DNA of 64,000 nucleotides, taken from assembly GCA_030390025.1 (NCBI GenBank), contig CM059429.1, positions 123,070,001 through 123,134,000 of the forward strand. The letters run 5' to 3'. Positions 1 to 13,049 of this stretch are shown here, piece by piece. The DNA is from Squalus acanthias (lineage: Eukaryota). Numbering within the stretch: the stretch's first letter is position 1; each line of letters opens with the position of its first letter. The translations under genes and the position numbers were made by a program. The notes beneath the pieces are model-generated. The model saw only the letters and a list, made by a program, of their open reading frames with translations. It made no database searches and had not been told where the DNA came from.

Positions 1-1585
1 TTTTTTTTACAGGGGGAGGGGTGGAAAACTTCAATCGATCATAGCACCGAAGATCCAACCTGCACTTTTAAGCAAAAAAATAACTTCGCGTTCCTCTACA
101 AAGGGTTGGAAGTGTTGACAGTGTAACTCCAGTGTGCATAGCATCGGTGTCTTGTTTGCAAATCTGCATAGTATTGTTTGAGGGACGTGTACTGTGTAAA
201 ATGTGTCTTAAAACACTTGGTAATTTTGCAGCAGTCCAAGTACTTTCTAGTTCAGGCTAGGGATACCTGACTAGTGCAGAAAATGTTGAAGATTATATTA
301 CCGATTCGTGCACCACAACAGTTGTTTTTTAAAATTTTGTATTTATAAAAAACCTTGGACTTTTGATTACAATTATTAATGTGCCTTGATAGAGATGGCG
401 TATATGCCATTGGTTACTTTCCAAATATGCTGTCGAAAAACACACCAATATCAAATTGCGCCTTTCCCGTTAAATAAGCTTCGAAAAAAGGAACCCCCTG
501 TTCTAACTTTCACCCCTTCTCTCCTTATCTCTATCGTCATCTTAGTTGATACAACTTTTAAATATCAATGGATGGAGACTTGCATGAAACATTTAGGAAT
601 GATTCGGGATTTTAAAAAGACATTTAATTTTAAATACAAAGAAAGGTGCTCAGAATGATTCAGTGAAAGCAAGTTTTTCAGTAAGATTTCGAGAAGGAAA
701 GTAGATTAAAATAGATGAAAGCCGATAAAGGTTTCTGATAGAATGGCAATGGGGGGAGAGAGGCGAATTTTCAATCCCCATTCTATATCTACAGTAAAAT
801 CAAAGGATGTAAAAATAACTTAATGTGTGTCATATTAGCTGCAAATGGGAATAAATGGTTTAAAATCTCCAGACATTAGTGGCACTCGCAGCGCGCTGTT
901 TAAGTGGTAATATTCCGATATAACCGAGCTTTTCTAACAATAAAGTGGGAGGAGGTGGCACGGCTCTGCGGAGTTTGCAGGAGTTGCTACACTTTACATC
1001 ATGCAGGCTTTCGTGAACCAGAGTCCTTCCAAACTACACAAGGCACGCTCCTAAAACAAACTGACCATTTCTTTAAAGGTGATTCTTTGATTCTTTCAGG
1101 AGTGTTACTGTTCTCTGGGAAGGGGGGGGGGGGCGGAATTAAAACTTATACTGTTGTCGGCCGCTACACTGACCCCCCGATTCCCGCGGCCTGGTCTGGT
1201 GATATCTCCTCCCTTATTAATTAAAAGACACTTGTGGGGGGGGGGGGGGCAGTTTGCATTCATTTTACACGTAAAGTAGTTGCTCTCTCCAGATTCTCAA
1301 ACTTCAGTAAATGGAGCACTTGCCAAACGTTGGCCAAAGTCTCTGCCAACATTTCGCTCTTATTTATGACTTTGCCTGGCAGATAAATCGGTCGGTGTCA
1401 GTGTGTTCCAGCACAATGTGTCCGGTTTAGACCCGCGGCCAGTTGGCATCTGTTAAAATATAGGATTTCATGAAACGGTGTAAAATGTGGCTAATTAGTA
1501 AATAGTCTTGGTGAGAGGAGCAGACTGTGATTTTTACACCCCCTCTAAATGACTGGTTTACGGATGCCTGTGTTTTTATATATAG

Positions 1586-2144
1586 GATCACCCAAGGAAA
1601 ACATGTCGTTTGACTCTGAGCTTCATCTCCCCCCGAAATTCCGAAGGCTGTACGGCCAGGGAGGGAAAATCTTAGACGCCCGGGGATTTAACGAGATTGG
1701 TAACGAGAAATTGGAAAGAGACAGGCCCTCCGAACCGTTCCGAAACGCCGATCTGAAAATCAGCCAGGCTCCTCAAGTCAGCATCAGCCGCAGTAAATCG
1801 TACAAAGAAAACTTCAGCTTGGGCAAAACGCAAGGAGACAGCGCGCCCAACTTGTCCGAGTCTCCAGATTTAGCTTCGGTGGAGCCGATCGACAAGTCAT
1901 TCGAGGGAGACACGAAAGAAGACGCGGCTGAAGATGACTTGTCCCCTAAACTGGTGGAGGAGGCTCAGACGGACGTGGATGTGAAGGATGGGGAGGACAG
2001 TCTGTGTTTATCAGCCGGCAGTGACTCTGAAGAAGGCATGTTAAAAAGAAAACAGCGGCGGTATAGGACTACATTCACCAGCTACCAGCTAGAAGAACTC
2101 GAGAGAGCTTTTCAGAAAACACACTACCCAGATGTCTTCACCAG
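1586..2144 (+). CDS. ARX: ARX exon 2 (N-terminal region plus first part of the paired-class homeodomain)
   Basis: tatag|GA acceptor and CCAG|gtat donor; encodes [34 protein letters not shown] and [45 protein letters not shown], all diagnostic of ARX. Confidence 0.97.
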
Positions 2145-3122
2145 GTATCTGTATACATGAAATAACTCCGATAAAACTCATAAAAACAAGAATCCAGACT
2201 GTAACGGTAATTGATACACTATCCAGGCTGGAATTGTTTCTGACTGGATTTAAACTCGCTGGTTTGTATTTTCATGGGCTAAACTAATACATCCACAACC
2301 ACATCAAATGGACAAATGATAGGGACACCATCTATCGGAGGGTGATAACTTTTCCGGTACTACACTCGCCAGTGTCCCCTTTATCAAAGTAATGACCGCC
2401 CAGATTAACATTTAGTGCTCGCAACACAGCGCTCCACACCCGTCTATTCCGTTTTTCCATCGTCTTCTACACATTGCTCCACCCCATAGATTTCCCAACA
2501 TTAGCCCCTTGATCGTTGAAGAAAATGCAGTGCGTGAAACTGTAAGTTCTCTATTTTTTGAAAGTCCGTGTGATTAATTCTGCTGGCATGCAGCTTCAGC
2601 CCGTTGATTGAAAGGACACGGATGCGCACCGAATTGTTTTCAAAGCCACTCCAGGACACAGTACAAGTGTAATTATGTGACATAAATGGAACAGTCTTTA
2701 TGTTATCAGGTGTGTTATCGACGGTAATGGGGGGAAAACAATCATTAACGAGTGTAATCTTTTTGACGACTTTCAATGAATTTACAATGCAATCGACTTT
2801 CCAGATTTAAAAAATCCTTTCCTTTTAAGATTGAAATGGGCGCTTTCCTAAATCAAATAATGGCTGTAACGGTTCCTACATTTTTGACAATGTCGCTTGA
2901 CTTGCTCGATGTTTGCATACTTTGTCTGGCCCTTTTTTTATGGCCCAAGTAAACAGGAAAGATTGGAGAGCGCCTGTAAATAGCTGCTAGGTTATGTCTA
3001 ATCCTCATTTAGCACGTTTAATATTTACTGCTGTTGATATAAATATTAGCTTTCCAAAAAAGGTACTGCGAAACATCGGAGTGTATAAAATGTATTTTCA
3101 CCTCTTTCTGTGTCTTGTACAG

Positions 3123-3168
3123 GGAGGAACTAGCGATGCGGCTAGATTTAACAGAAGCACGAGTGCAA
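3123..3168 (+). CDS. ARX: ARX exon 3 (46-nt homeodomain exon)
   Basis: pyrimidine tract and tacag| acceptor, CAA|gtaagt donor; encodes (R)EELAMRLDLTEARVQ in phase with exon 2. Confidence 0.97.
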
Positions 3169-3399
3169 GTAAGTTACAACTAATGTCTGTAGATAGATGG
3201 TTTCCCGGCGAATTTACTTTGCTGTTTCCACATAAAGTTGTAGGTTTTTTTTCTTAACATAATTTAATACCTACCTTTTTTTAAAAAAAAGTATGCGGGC
3301 AGATAGCCCCGGATGTGTAATCCCAGCCCAGTCTGGAGTGTGCCAGGCACAATGTACTGCTCCATGTCAGACTTTCTACAGATGTGATTGTGCGCAAAT

Positions 3400-3860
3400 A
3401 TGAATAATGGGAATGCTTTTGCGCCACGGCAACCGGGAGCATTAAAACAGTGACATAGGATTTAATTTCCTTCGCTTTTAGTGAACAAATGTAAGGGCTG
3501 CATAAGTGAAGTGCTGTTAAAGTTGATAGGGCCCATACCACAGTGCATTTTCTCTCGAAGTCTCATAACCAAAGCGACGATAAACATTATGATTGATGCC
3601 TTATTGCGAACACGAGGAACATAAAACATATGTTGGGAGGTAAAGGCCGAGTAAATCACTTTACAGTTACAATCGAGCGCTGATAAGACCTAATAAATTC
3701 CATATGGCTCATTTAATACACAACAGCTTCTTGCATTAAAGGGGCTAATGATGAGATTCTCCCTCGTGTTGTTGACACATTGTTCTATTGTCAAATACCC
3801 AACGTGACAGGCAGCCAGCAATGATTATTTTCCGCTCAGGCAGTCGTGGGAAAGTTAAAT
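3400..3860. promoter_or_regulatory. candidate conserved enhancer in ARX intron 3
   Basis: non-repetitive block dense in TAAT/ATTA, SOX-like (CATTGT/TATTGT) and TGACAG motifs; a conserved intron-3 element is reported for mammalian Arx; no alignment run. Confidence 0.5.
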
Positions 3861-4649
3861 AACTTTTTTTTTCTCTCCTTCTTTACAAAAGCCCGTTTGG
3901 ACTCAATAAAACTTGCGAGACATTCTAGTAAAATTAATTGTAACGCATTATGTTCATCTTTAGTTCACTTTTCCTTTTTTTCTCTATTAAGAGCAACCCA
4001 TCGAAATTAATTAAGGCCAATTTAGTGACGATTACATAAAATGTGAAGATGCAATCGGTTACTTTTTAAAGCGCCAACTCGATTACTGAAATCGGCAGTC
4101 TCGTGCAGTGCCGATACATTATCTGAGAATTTGCGAGGGATGCTTGATGTAATTATATAATTTTTAATCCAACATTTGATCGCTTCACTATTTTTATAGG
4201 AATCTGTGTGCAATTGGCGTGGGTTGATGTGTGAATTAAAAAGAGTGTGTATATTTATCTAATGAATGTGTGCGATGGGTTTTGTGCCTCACCCACATGA
4301 TCTGGACATTGAGATCTTTCTAATAATTCCTGAACATTGATACCTGGTGTCAACACCTTATATTTTTTTACATTGCGATATAGAAGTGGTATCAATACAA
4401 CCATTGAAATCGCGATTTTTAAATTATAAAACTGCTATAAAGGTGTATTGTTGCATTGTAATTGTTGCTGAACTTTGATTTGACAGTTATTTTGTGCACA
4501 TTAACCTTCAGTGTCATTTGTGTAGCTGGATGTAACCCGAAAGTGATTTCACATTTCCTGCGCACTTTTTTGTTCGTTCTTTATTTTTTTCGACAAGAGT
4601 TTGGAAAGTTTTTTTTAAATGTTTAATTTAATTTGATTTTTTTTTGCAG

Positions 4650-4981
4650 GTTTGGTTTCAGAACCGCAGAGCTAAGTGGCGGAAGCGAGAGAAAGCCGGA
4701 GCTCAGAGCCACCCAGGTGGCCTGCCCTTCGCCAGCCCCCTGGGAGCGGGCCACCCGCTGGGCCCTTACCTGGACGGCAGTCCCTTCGGACACCACCCGA
4801 GCCTCGAGTCCGCTTGGTCAGCCGCCGCCGCCGCCGCTGCAGCCGCCGCTGCCGCCTTCCCCGGGCTGCCACCTCCACCAGGCACCGCGGCTCTTCCCCC
4901 CAGCGGGGCCCCGCTAGGCCTCGGCACCTTCCTGGGAGCGGCCATGTTCAGACATCCTTTCATCACTCCGCACTTCGGCAG
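4650..4981 (+). CDS. ARX: ARX exon 4 (homeodomain helix 3, polyalanine tract, Pro-rich region)
   Basis: ttttgcag|GTT acceptor, GGCAG|gtaag donor; [17 protein letters not shown]...SAWS(A)12FPGLPPPPG...[12 protein letters not shown]. Confidence 0.97.
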
Positions 4982-6899
4982 GTAAGAGCTTCAGCCAGAG
5001 CCCCTCCCGCCCCCTCCTCCAGGAGCAGCTGCAGCAGGCCGCAGGACAAGCAGAAGTACAACAGAACCAGACTCACTCAGTCATCAGACACAGTCAACAA
5101 GGAAAAAAAGGCAACTCATTCACAACCATCAGCTAAAACTCAATTGTAAAAGAACAAGCTACAAACCAACAGCAAACAGAATAGGCTAATCCCAAAATTG
5201 TAAATAAATATTTTAAAACATAATAGCAACAGTAACATACCTAAAATGTTAAAAGTCAACAAGATAATAGGAAAAACTGAGATCAATCAGTGTAATAACT
5301 AACCTCACAGGAAATGTAACAACAAATTCAGCGACAGACTAATAGTCTTCAGAATCCACTGCATATTTAACAGCAACGAGTCCGGTACCAAAAACAGCAC
5401 ACTAAACAATCGTTTAGTAACAACATCATCAATGAGGGTAGAAATATTTTATAACAAACCACAAAAATACCCAAACAACTGCGAGCAGTATGTGTGTGAG
5501 AGTGTGTGTGTGTGAAGGGGAGAAATCAAGCACATTTTTCAAACATCCGTGATAATTCAGACATCCCAATGACTTATGGTACATATGAAACAACTAAAGG
5601 ACAAGGGCTACAGCGAGAAGCCACAGCAGTTATTACAACCCCCAGATCTACCTGTGCGAGGGAATGCTGCAGAACTCCGAGTTACACATGGGGAGCCTGG
5701 CACCAAGACAGCAGTTTACCTCATGCCACAGTATTAATAGAGGTATTTCTCAAATGGAAAGCATAGCTTAGGAATAGACCGGACCAGACCAGATTTTTAT
5801 TCGAAACTACTTTTACTCTACAGTTTATGCGTTAGATAACACAGTAAGAGCAAAACGTTCGACATCACAAAACAAAGTTAGAAATTCTGTCCTTTCCAGC
5901 AACATTTCCTTTCTCATACATTTGCTTTAAAATATTCTACTATTGTTTCTTCATTAGCTGTCATTGTAAGGCATAAGCATTTATATCGTGGACTTTATCC
6001 CTATCTATCAGAGCGTTGTGTTTTGATTTTTGAACGAGTTGTTCACTTATGTCGGGTTTAGCAAAATGAAGAAATCTGGAATGTTGACTCGTTATTAATT
6101 TCTATAAAGTGACAAGTGGCGGCACGGTAACGATGGACTGACGAGGGGTAGGAGAAAGAATCGGACGATATTGGGCATTCCAGAAGCGGGGAGAATAAAA
6201 CAACTCGATCATTCCAACTATGTTTGTTTTACCTTTCAAGGTTTCTAATTTGGTCGCTTACCCTGACGTGAAAGTTATTTGGCATGGCCGCCCGAAATAT
6301 GTGCTTGAAAAGTTATTCAGTGTGGCATCATTTCGAAACACACACAAATCCGTTGCAGCTTGTATGGGACACGGGTAGTGTAGAGCGTGAAGAGGAAAGC
6401 GGTTCTATAGCAATGCGCAAGAACCCACGGACATATTCCGAAGATCCCACTACTTACTATTATATAAGATATATATGTAATGTTTGAGCCGTTTATTCTT
6501 ACAAAAGTTCTGGGGTGTGATCTCTACCCTGCATCTTACTCCCATGCCCAGCTGCACAGGTGCCTGATTATTCCCCACTATTTCGGAGTTTCAAATTTTT
6601 TTTTTCGTCAGCCAGTAATCTGGCATGGCAGAAACCCATCACCACGTTTAAGCGTTTCCAAACCAAATGAGTAGTTTCCATTTACCTAATATGGAGTGGA
6701 CATTCTCTCCACTTCAGGACCCCTCCCCTCACTTACCTAAATCCAAAGAATTTAGGACAGGTTGGCAAGAGCCAAGGCTTGGACAATCCCAATTGTGCAT
6801 AAGGGTTTACTTATCTAAAGCGACATTACTTACCGGTATCCCAGTGGAACCAATCCCAACCCACCGTGACAGGCCAATTCCTGAAGGTTCCGCTAATGA

Positions 6900-7300
6900 G
6901 CAGGTTTGGCTGACGGATCATCAACAGTGCCATGGACGACAGTGGACCTGGCTGGCCTGAGTATTGGATTACCAAGTCTGCCACAGGGAAGTGACTGGGT
7001 TCCAATCTCCCTCTCCAGACGTGCGGACTTGGACCCAACTCAAAGTCAATGAGACTCTGCCTATTGCCTTCCACTCCCTATTCAAAGAGTTGGTTCAACA
7101 TTAGATTGAGCTGCTGTAAGGTGGATAGCAGCTATTCTCCAGCAGTATGGTGAGCAGCGCAACTCAACATAACATGTCTGAGTTCGTCGTTACCAGCCGA
7201 CTGACGGCAGCATGGAAACCCACCATACCCCATTGGCTCCACCAATTGAGGGGTGCGGAGCTTCAACAGCATCAAGGTAGGCCCCAAGCCATGGAAACAT
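6900..7300 (-). mobile_element. highly decayed LINE APE-endonuclease relic in ARX intron 4
   Basis: minus-strand translation G..GFHA...AGE*LLSTLQQLNLMLN...SLIDF...SHFPV resembles the APE motif order GDFNA/NG..LL..NL..N/SxIDY/SDHxPV. Confidence 0.35.
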
Positions 7301-8696
7301 GTGTGTGCTCACATACCTGCCTTCCAGCACGTGTCATTCCGAGCCTTATCGTTCCTCGTCAGCCATATCAGAACATCTACCTTCACCGTGGTCGAAGGAC
7401 CGCCGGAGATGTGCTGAACACTGCGGTATTTTAGACATCCAAGTCCAATGCGTTACACTAATTGAGGGAAGTCACAATAAACACAAGTTTCAAGGGGGGG
7501 GGGGGTAAATCCATCGAGTATGTTCACCAAAGAAACTTTACAAATTATGCATGTTATTCTTTATTTTATTGAAACGTCCTTTTATATTCATAAAGTAGCT
7601 TATCTGGTTTCAATAAATCATTCAGATATGAAATATAAAGTACTAATTATTTCAGTCAAGATGGAAAAATATTAGCAGTGTGTGCTGAAAGTTGGCCCTT
7701 GTTTTGGGAATAACATCTATCGCGCGAGGAGAAGGCAAAAGGATGGGTTGGTTGGTCCGCTGTCAGCAGGAACGAACATAAAGTGTACATTTTAACACTC
7801 CCAAATACGAGAAGTCAATGTCAGTATGTTTACTTAGGCAAAACACGGACTAATTTCGCAATGTATTGTTCCCTCGGCATTGCTTATGGTTGAGGTCATG
7901 GTTGCTGTTACATGATTCGTAGAGTAACGTAACAACAACTTGTGATCAATTAAGAAACTGTAGCGTGTGGTCCAAAGTTGTGACAGATCAGCCAGCTCAC
8001 TAATATGAAGAGGTACAGCATTTCAGAACCCTCGCTGAAAGATGCCACGGTACATGTGTCGTGTCGAGTACTGTGCCAAATGCTCGGGGTGTGCAAGAAA
8101 TTCCGAATGGGTCTCATTGACTCCTATCTCTGGCCGTTAATGCAGCGGCAGTGAGTCGTGAGCAATTCTGTAAATTATACGATAGCCCAACGTTATTACA
8201 CTCTAGTACAACATTTAAATACAAAATAGCGGTAACGCTGGCGGGCACTGTGACGGATTATCAACTTTTACTCCCGGACTTCAGACAGCACCAAACTGTA
8301 GTTGTCCAAGTAATATTGATGTTCAGTTGTGATCCATCAATATCCCTGCAATATTAATGTTAGCAATAGTACAACTTCATTACACGCAAAGCTTACAGAC
8401 TGACAAAACAGGCAAATTCTAGCGACGAACTGATACTTTTAAAGCAAATTCTTACCCCATTTGTAACCAACCCTGCTTTCTCTTACATAGTAATTAATTA
8501 TATAGTCAGACCTGTAATATGCAAGTCTGGTTATATGTGAGTCCTGTGCTACTTGACGCATTGCGTAGGCCAATATTCCCCTGAATAATTCAGCCGTTAT
8601 ATTCAGTAGTATCCCTCCAATCACCAAACTAGCTGATCACATTTGATTTAAAACGCTTTCCCGTATTATAATGTCGAAAATCCTTGTCTGTTGCAG

Positions 8697-8934
8697 GCTC
8701 TTCTCGACAGTAGCTCCGCTGACAGGCGCCTCTGGCCCTGCCCTGCTGAGACAGTCGGCCCCGGGGGTAGAAGGGGGAGTGCAAGCCGGCGCCCTCTCAG
8801 ACCCCGCGGTAGCAGCAGCAGACAGACGAGCGTCCAGTATCGCAGCACTCAGACTCAAAGCCAAGGAACATGCCGCCCAACTCACACAACTCAACATCCT
8901 CCCCGCACCCTCCACCGGCAAGGAAGTGTGCTGA
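8697..8934 (+). CDS. ARX: ARX exon 5 (OAR/aristaless domain, stop)
   Basis: ttgcag|G acceptor; LFSTVAPLT...[39 protein letters not shown]; phase matches exon 4. Confidence 0.97.
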
Positions 8935-9852
8935 ATACACAGCAAGGAGCTCCACACATGTTGCTGATCAAGACCAAATTCAGAAAGAGGACCAGTGACT
9001 CCGCGTGGATTGGGTTCTCAGACTGTGCATGCCCGTAGAGTCAGTATCCCTTTCATCATATCAACAGGACACACTTAAAAACAGCAAAACTAAAAAAAAA
9101 CCAATGACATTCTCTACATATAAGATTTGTGACGTTCCTACCATTCATATTTCTCTATGAGAGAGAGAGAGAGGGAGAAAGTAGTGGAGCCTTATTAAGA
9201 ATATACCTGATGTGATCACTGAGAAAAACTTTCTTTAATACAGTAGAGTTGGATCTAATCAGGGCAGTTTTGAAAAAGGATGAAATGTATTCAAAGCACA
9301 CGCATGTAGATTTGCCGATTGCTAGTTTCCTATTTCTAGTCTTGGTGGCCCGATATAAGGGATACTGTTTCTGAATGAAATGAGTTTGACTTTCTGCGGC
9401 GGACCAGTTCTATAGCACACATGTGGATAAACGCGTTGGTTACGTCTGAATTTTTTTTATATATACGTCAGTGTAGCCAACCAGCGGTTCGCTACTAAAC
9501 CAAAGGGACAAAATACTGCCAATCCGAGTGGACTGCTTATGTCACTAAACTGTGATTGATTTCTGTACATAATGGTCGTTCTTCAGAATTTCCAAGGAAA
9601 ATAATTGTACATTTTTAAAAAAAATGAAAATTTGCACTCAGCGTGTTGTGAAAGTTTATTCTCTAGAATTACCCGACAGTTCTTATACAGTATTGTGGAT
9701 GTATTAGGTTCGTAGAATAATTATTTATGGACAAACATTTTATTTAACTTATTAACTATAGAGGTTTCGAAAACCTTATAAAAAGCAAGTTGCTATATTA
9801 CGTGTACTGTTGTAACTTCTTGATATGGGCTAGAAGAGTGGCGACACTCTAA

Positions 9853-9858
9853 AATAAA
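9853..9858 (+). terminator. probable ARX polyadenylation signal AATAAA (3' UTR about 8935-9880)
   Basis: AATAAA following an AU-rich 3' UTR-like stretch about 920 nt after the stop. Confidence 0.55.
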
Positions 9859-11989
9859 ATGTTATGCTTAACAAGCTAATTGGAGAAAGCGCTTATTCTA
9901 AATCCCGAGTATTTTTTTTAAAGATTATTGAGCGTTTATCAACCGCAGACAAACTTCCGATTTACCAGTACAGTGCCATCTACGCAAAATCACAACTAGA
10001 AATAACTCTTTGTCAAGTCCCAGTTTTGTTTCCGGCCCAGTATAGGTGTAGTCAGATTATAAGCATTTTTTTGCCCAGCCCCATCCACCGTATACGGTCG
10101 GACTCTGGCATGTTTGTGTCTTGGGCGGTAATGTGACACAGACTCTACAACAGGAAGGCCTTTCCAACCAGCCACTCCTCCCTTTCAGGTTAGCTTCATT
10201 CATTCACAAATCACGCTTGCATATGTGTACGTGCTGGCTAATTTCAAAGTGCGACAGTTAATAAGCACAACATTACAACGCAATTGAAATATCCCTCTTG
10301 TTAATTTAGAGGAAAAATAATTGTAATAAAACAACAAATATTCAACTGGAGCGCACTGTTCTTTAGACCCAGATTCCAATTCGGGGCTATTGCAGGAATA
10401 CTGGGACTTTCTCAACTATGACAAGTAATCCCTACACTGGGTTAGGATTACTTAAACCTTTTGGCGCATTCCTCCAACACTATTGTTTTAATGAATATTG
10501 GCAGAATGCTGCCAAGAATATTCACTGTCTTATGTGCTGACACGACCAATAAAGTTGATTTCCCATAAACCGCATGAACTTTATTCAGCGGGACCGGTGT
10601 AAGCAAAAAGGGGGAGTTTTATTTGTCTTTCATTTCGAGTATCTGAATACATCCTTGATAGATTACGTTAAATATCTCTTTGAAATTAGAACATTGACCC
10701 CCCCCCCTCCCCCCGTAAACTGCTGTCAGCTTGTTGGGGTTGCTTTGCTTCTCTATATTTCTGTATCTGTGATAATGAGTCTCCTAGGTTACTGGACGAT
10801 GGTGGTTAACGATTTTGCCATGACGCGCCTTGGTGACGGTGCCTCTATTTGCCGCCTTCTGCGTGGTTGACAATCGGCGCCGACTTGTCCAATTAGCAGC
10901 CAACCCAGACACAAGTAATGCGAGCTCCGCTGAGGGGTTAGCTGGCACTGGGCCACTTAAATGGATGATTCGATGGGTTAGGTTGACACGGTAATCTGCT
11001 TCCTGGAGTGGAGGCTCTGTAGAATGTGGCCACGCGAATTCAACTAATCTTACCAATAGTATATAGCAAGTACAAACAACATCAATATTTAAAACCCACC
11101 GACATCATATTCTAAATAACACAATAAGGCATAGTCCAAGTTAATACAAGCGCAAATCCACTGCGAAAGCTTCATCTTCGAGTATGTGAGGCTAAAATAC
11201 AAGAATATAAAGTTTAAAAACAAAATAAGCGCTCTGGTGAATGATGGAGCGGTAACTCCTGACGTTGACACAGATAATCAACTTATATTACAACCTTTAG
11301 AAAAGAAGATCGAACAATTTGATTACGGCGTTAAACTGGCAATATACAGTCTCTGAATTCTGTGCTAACCAGGTAATTGTATTACTCCCCCCCCCCCCAG
11401 TTTAGATTTTAACAGTACACTTCAACGAAAGTGTTCACCGCTAGTATTGCTAAATTAATTTACCCCCTATTTCAATAATTTCGTGATTTTTATTCAATAA
11501 CGGGAGTATAAATGCTGTTAAAAATATTTTCCTTTGGATGTAACCATTGTACCAAACAGACCAGACACCGAAAAATGACAGTGCGAGTAAAAAGTCTACA
11601 ATTTATGAAGTAGGTACTACTACATATCTTGAAAACCCTTTACTGTTCCCGATTCTAAATATCACAGACACCTAAGTTCTGATGCCTGGATCGACCTATT
11701 CTAGTTATGTTGTACTCAGTTCATTAAGAGTTTTTGATCAGGTAACCTGTTAAACGAGATAACGTCCACTCGGGGTGACATACACTCTGATAAAGTGGTT
11801 GTCATCATACCAGGACCTGCGCCATTATTTCAGTTAATGAACGCTTTTTAAAGTCATTTTTTTCTCATTTGACCCCACTCTATGGTACTAAATCAAATTG
11901 CGTGAAATTACCTGCCGGATTAAAGTTCTTATGGTCGAATGAAAGCATCTCCCTCTCACTCGCCTCGCTTTACAACTAATCCCACCTCA

Positions 11990-12350
11990 CAGTGATGGTG
12001 CAAACATGTAGATCTCAGACTATTCTTTCATGTTTCGCAGCTGGTAAAGCAACCATTCTTTGCTAAATATTCACCATAAATATCACACGTTAACGGCCGA
12101 TGACTCCCATCAAGTCTATATTAAACATTTGACATGTCACGCATGATAAACTCTGAGTGTCTTTGAAAAAAAAGGCATTAGCAAAGAAACCAATTTCTCC
12201 TCATCTAAACCTCCCCAAGTGTTGAATGATTTCGTTTGAAAGAGGCAGTGAAGCGTATTTAGAGGGTTTTATGAGATTTTCCAGAATGATTTAATCTTAT
12301 TGTGAACATTATTAATGAATAGCAACCCAATTTGGCCCTAATATCTGGGA
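11990..12350. promoter_or_regulatory. candidate conserved element 3' of ARX with a paired-domain site
   Basis: GTCACGCATGA at 12136-12146 plus several TAAT/TTTAT motifs in unique sequence. Confidence 0.45.
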
Positions 12351-13049
12351 ATTCTTGCTACAAAACACGACGACTGTGACCCCCAACCTTAAGCAAACCT
12401 CCCCGGTGTTTTTGTACTGCCTTCAGCCTCCAGTAACTCTTTAACACGGCATTGCACGGGAGCCAGTTTTCAGCACGATCACACAAATCCAACTCTCCCT
12501 CCATTCACTGCCAAGCTTCCCACCATCTGTTCCCAAAACCAGCTTCCAGATTTGGAAATATTTCAAGGAGCGTGACAAGTAGTATATATAAACGTGTACA
12601 TTTGCATGCATGTGTATAGCTAGAAAATACTGTTGTATATATGTATACATGTAAAAATTGTATTGGTTAATGTGGGAAGGAATATATGATTCAGATACAA
12701 GTTAGTTTTTTTATGCGCAGATCTCTTAAAACAAAATCTTAAAGTTTAACATGGATGAATAATATATTGTATGTATTGATGAACTCATGTATGAATAATG
12801 TACGTATAGTGAAAACGCATTTAAGTGTTGTCTTGTTTTGCATCTTTCTATCCTTACCTTTAGACACAACACAATAAAATATATTTTAAACCTCAGGTTA
12901 ATTTTGTAGTATAGTCTCTCAAATGCCAAATATCTGGTATGCGTGTTCCATTTAACTTAGGACTGTTTTAACGCACATACAAAACCCACAGTCTTTTTTT
13001 TGGGGGGGGGGGGGGGGTAAAGGTTCTGCCGCCTTTGGAGCTGTTGAAG

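Noticed and set aside
1549-1585. ATG-initiated start of the 203-aa ORF
   Set aside because: Intronic: a canonical acceptor sits at 1584-1585, and the real ARX start and octapeptide are in exon 1 upstream of the window.
4633-5149. Overlapping alternate-frame and antisense ORFs over exon 4 (likewise 8637-9038 over exon 5)
   Set aside because: Shadows of GC-rich ARX coding sequence with no independent coding evidence.
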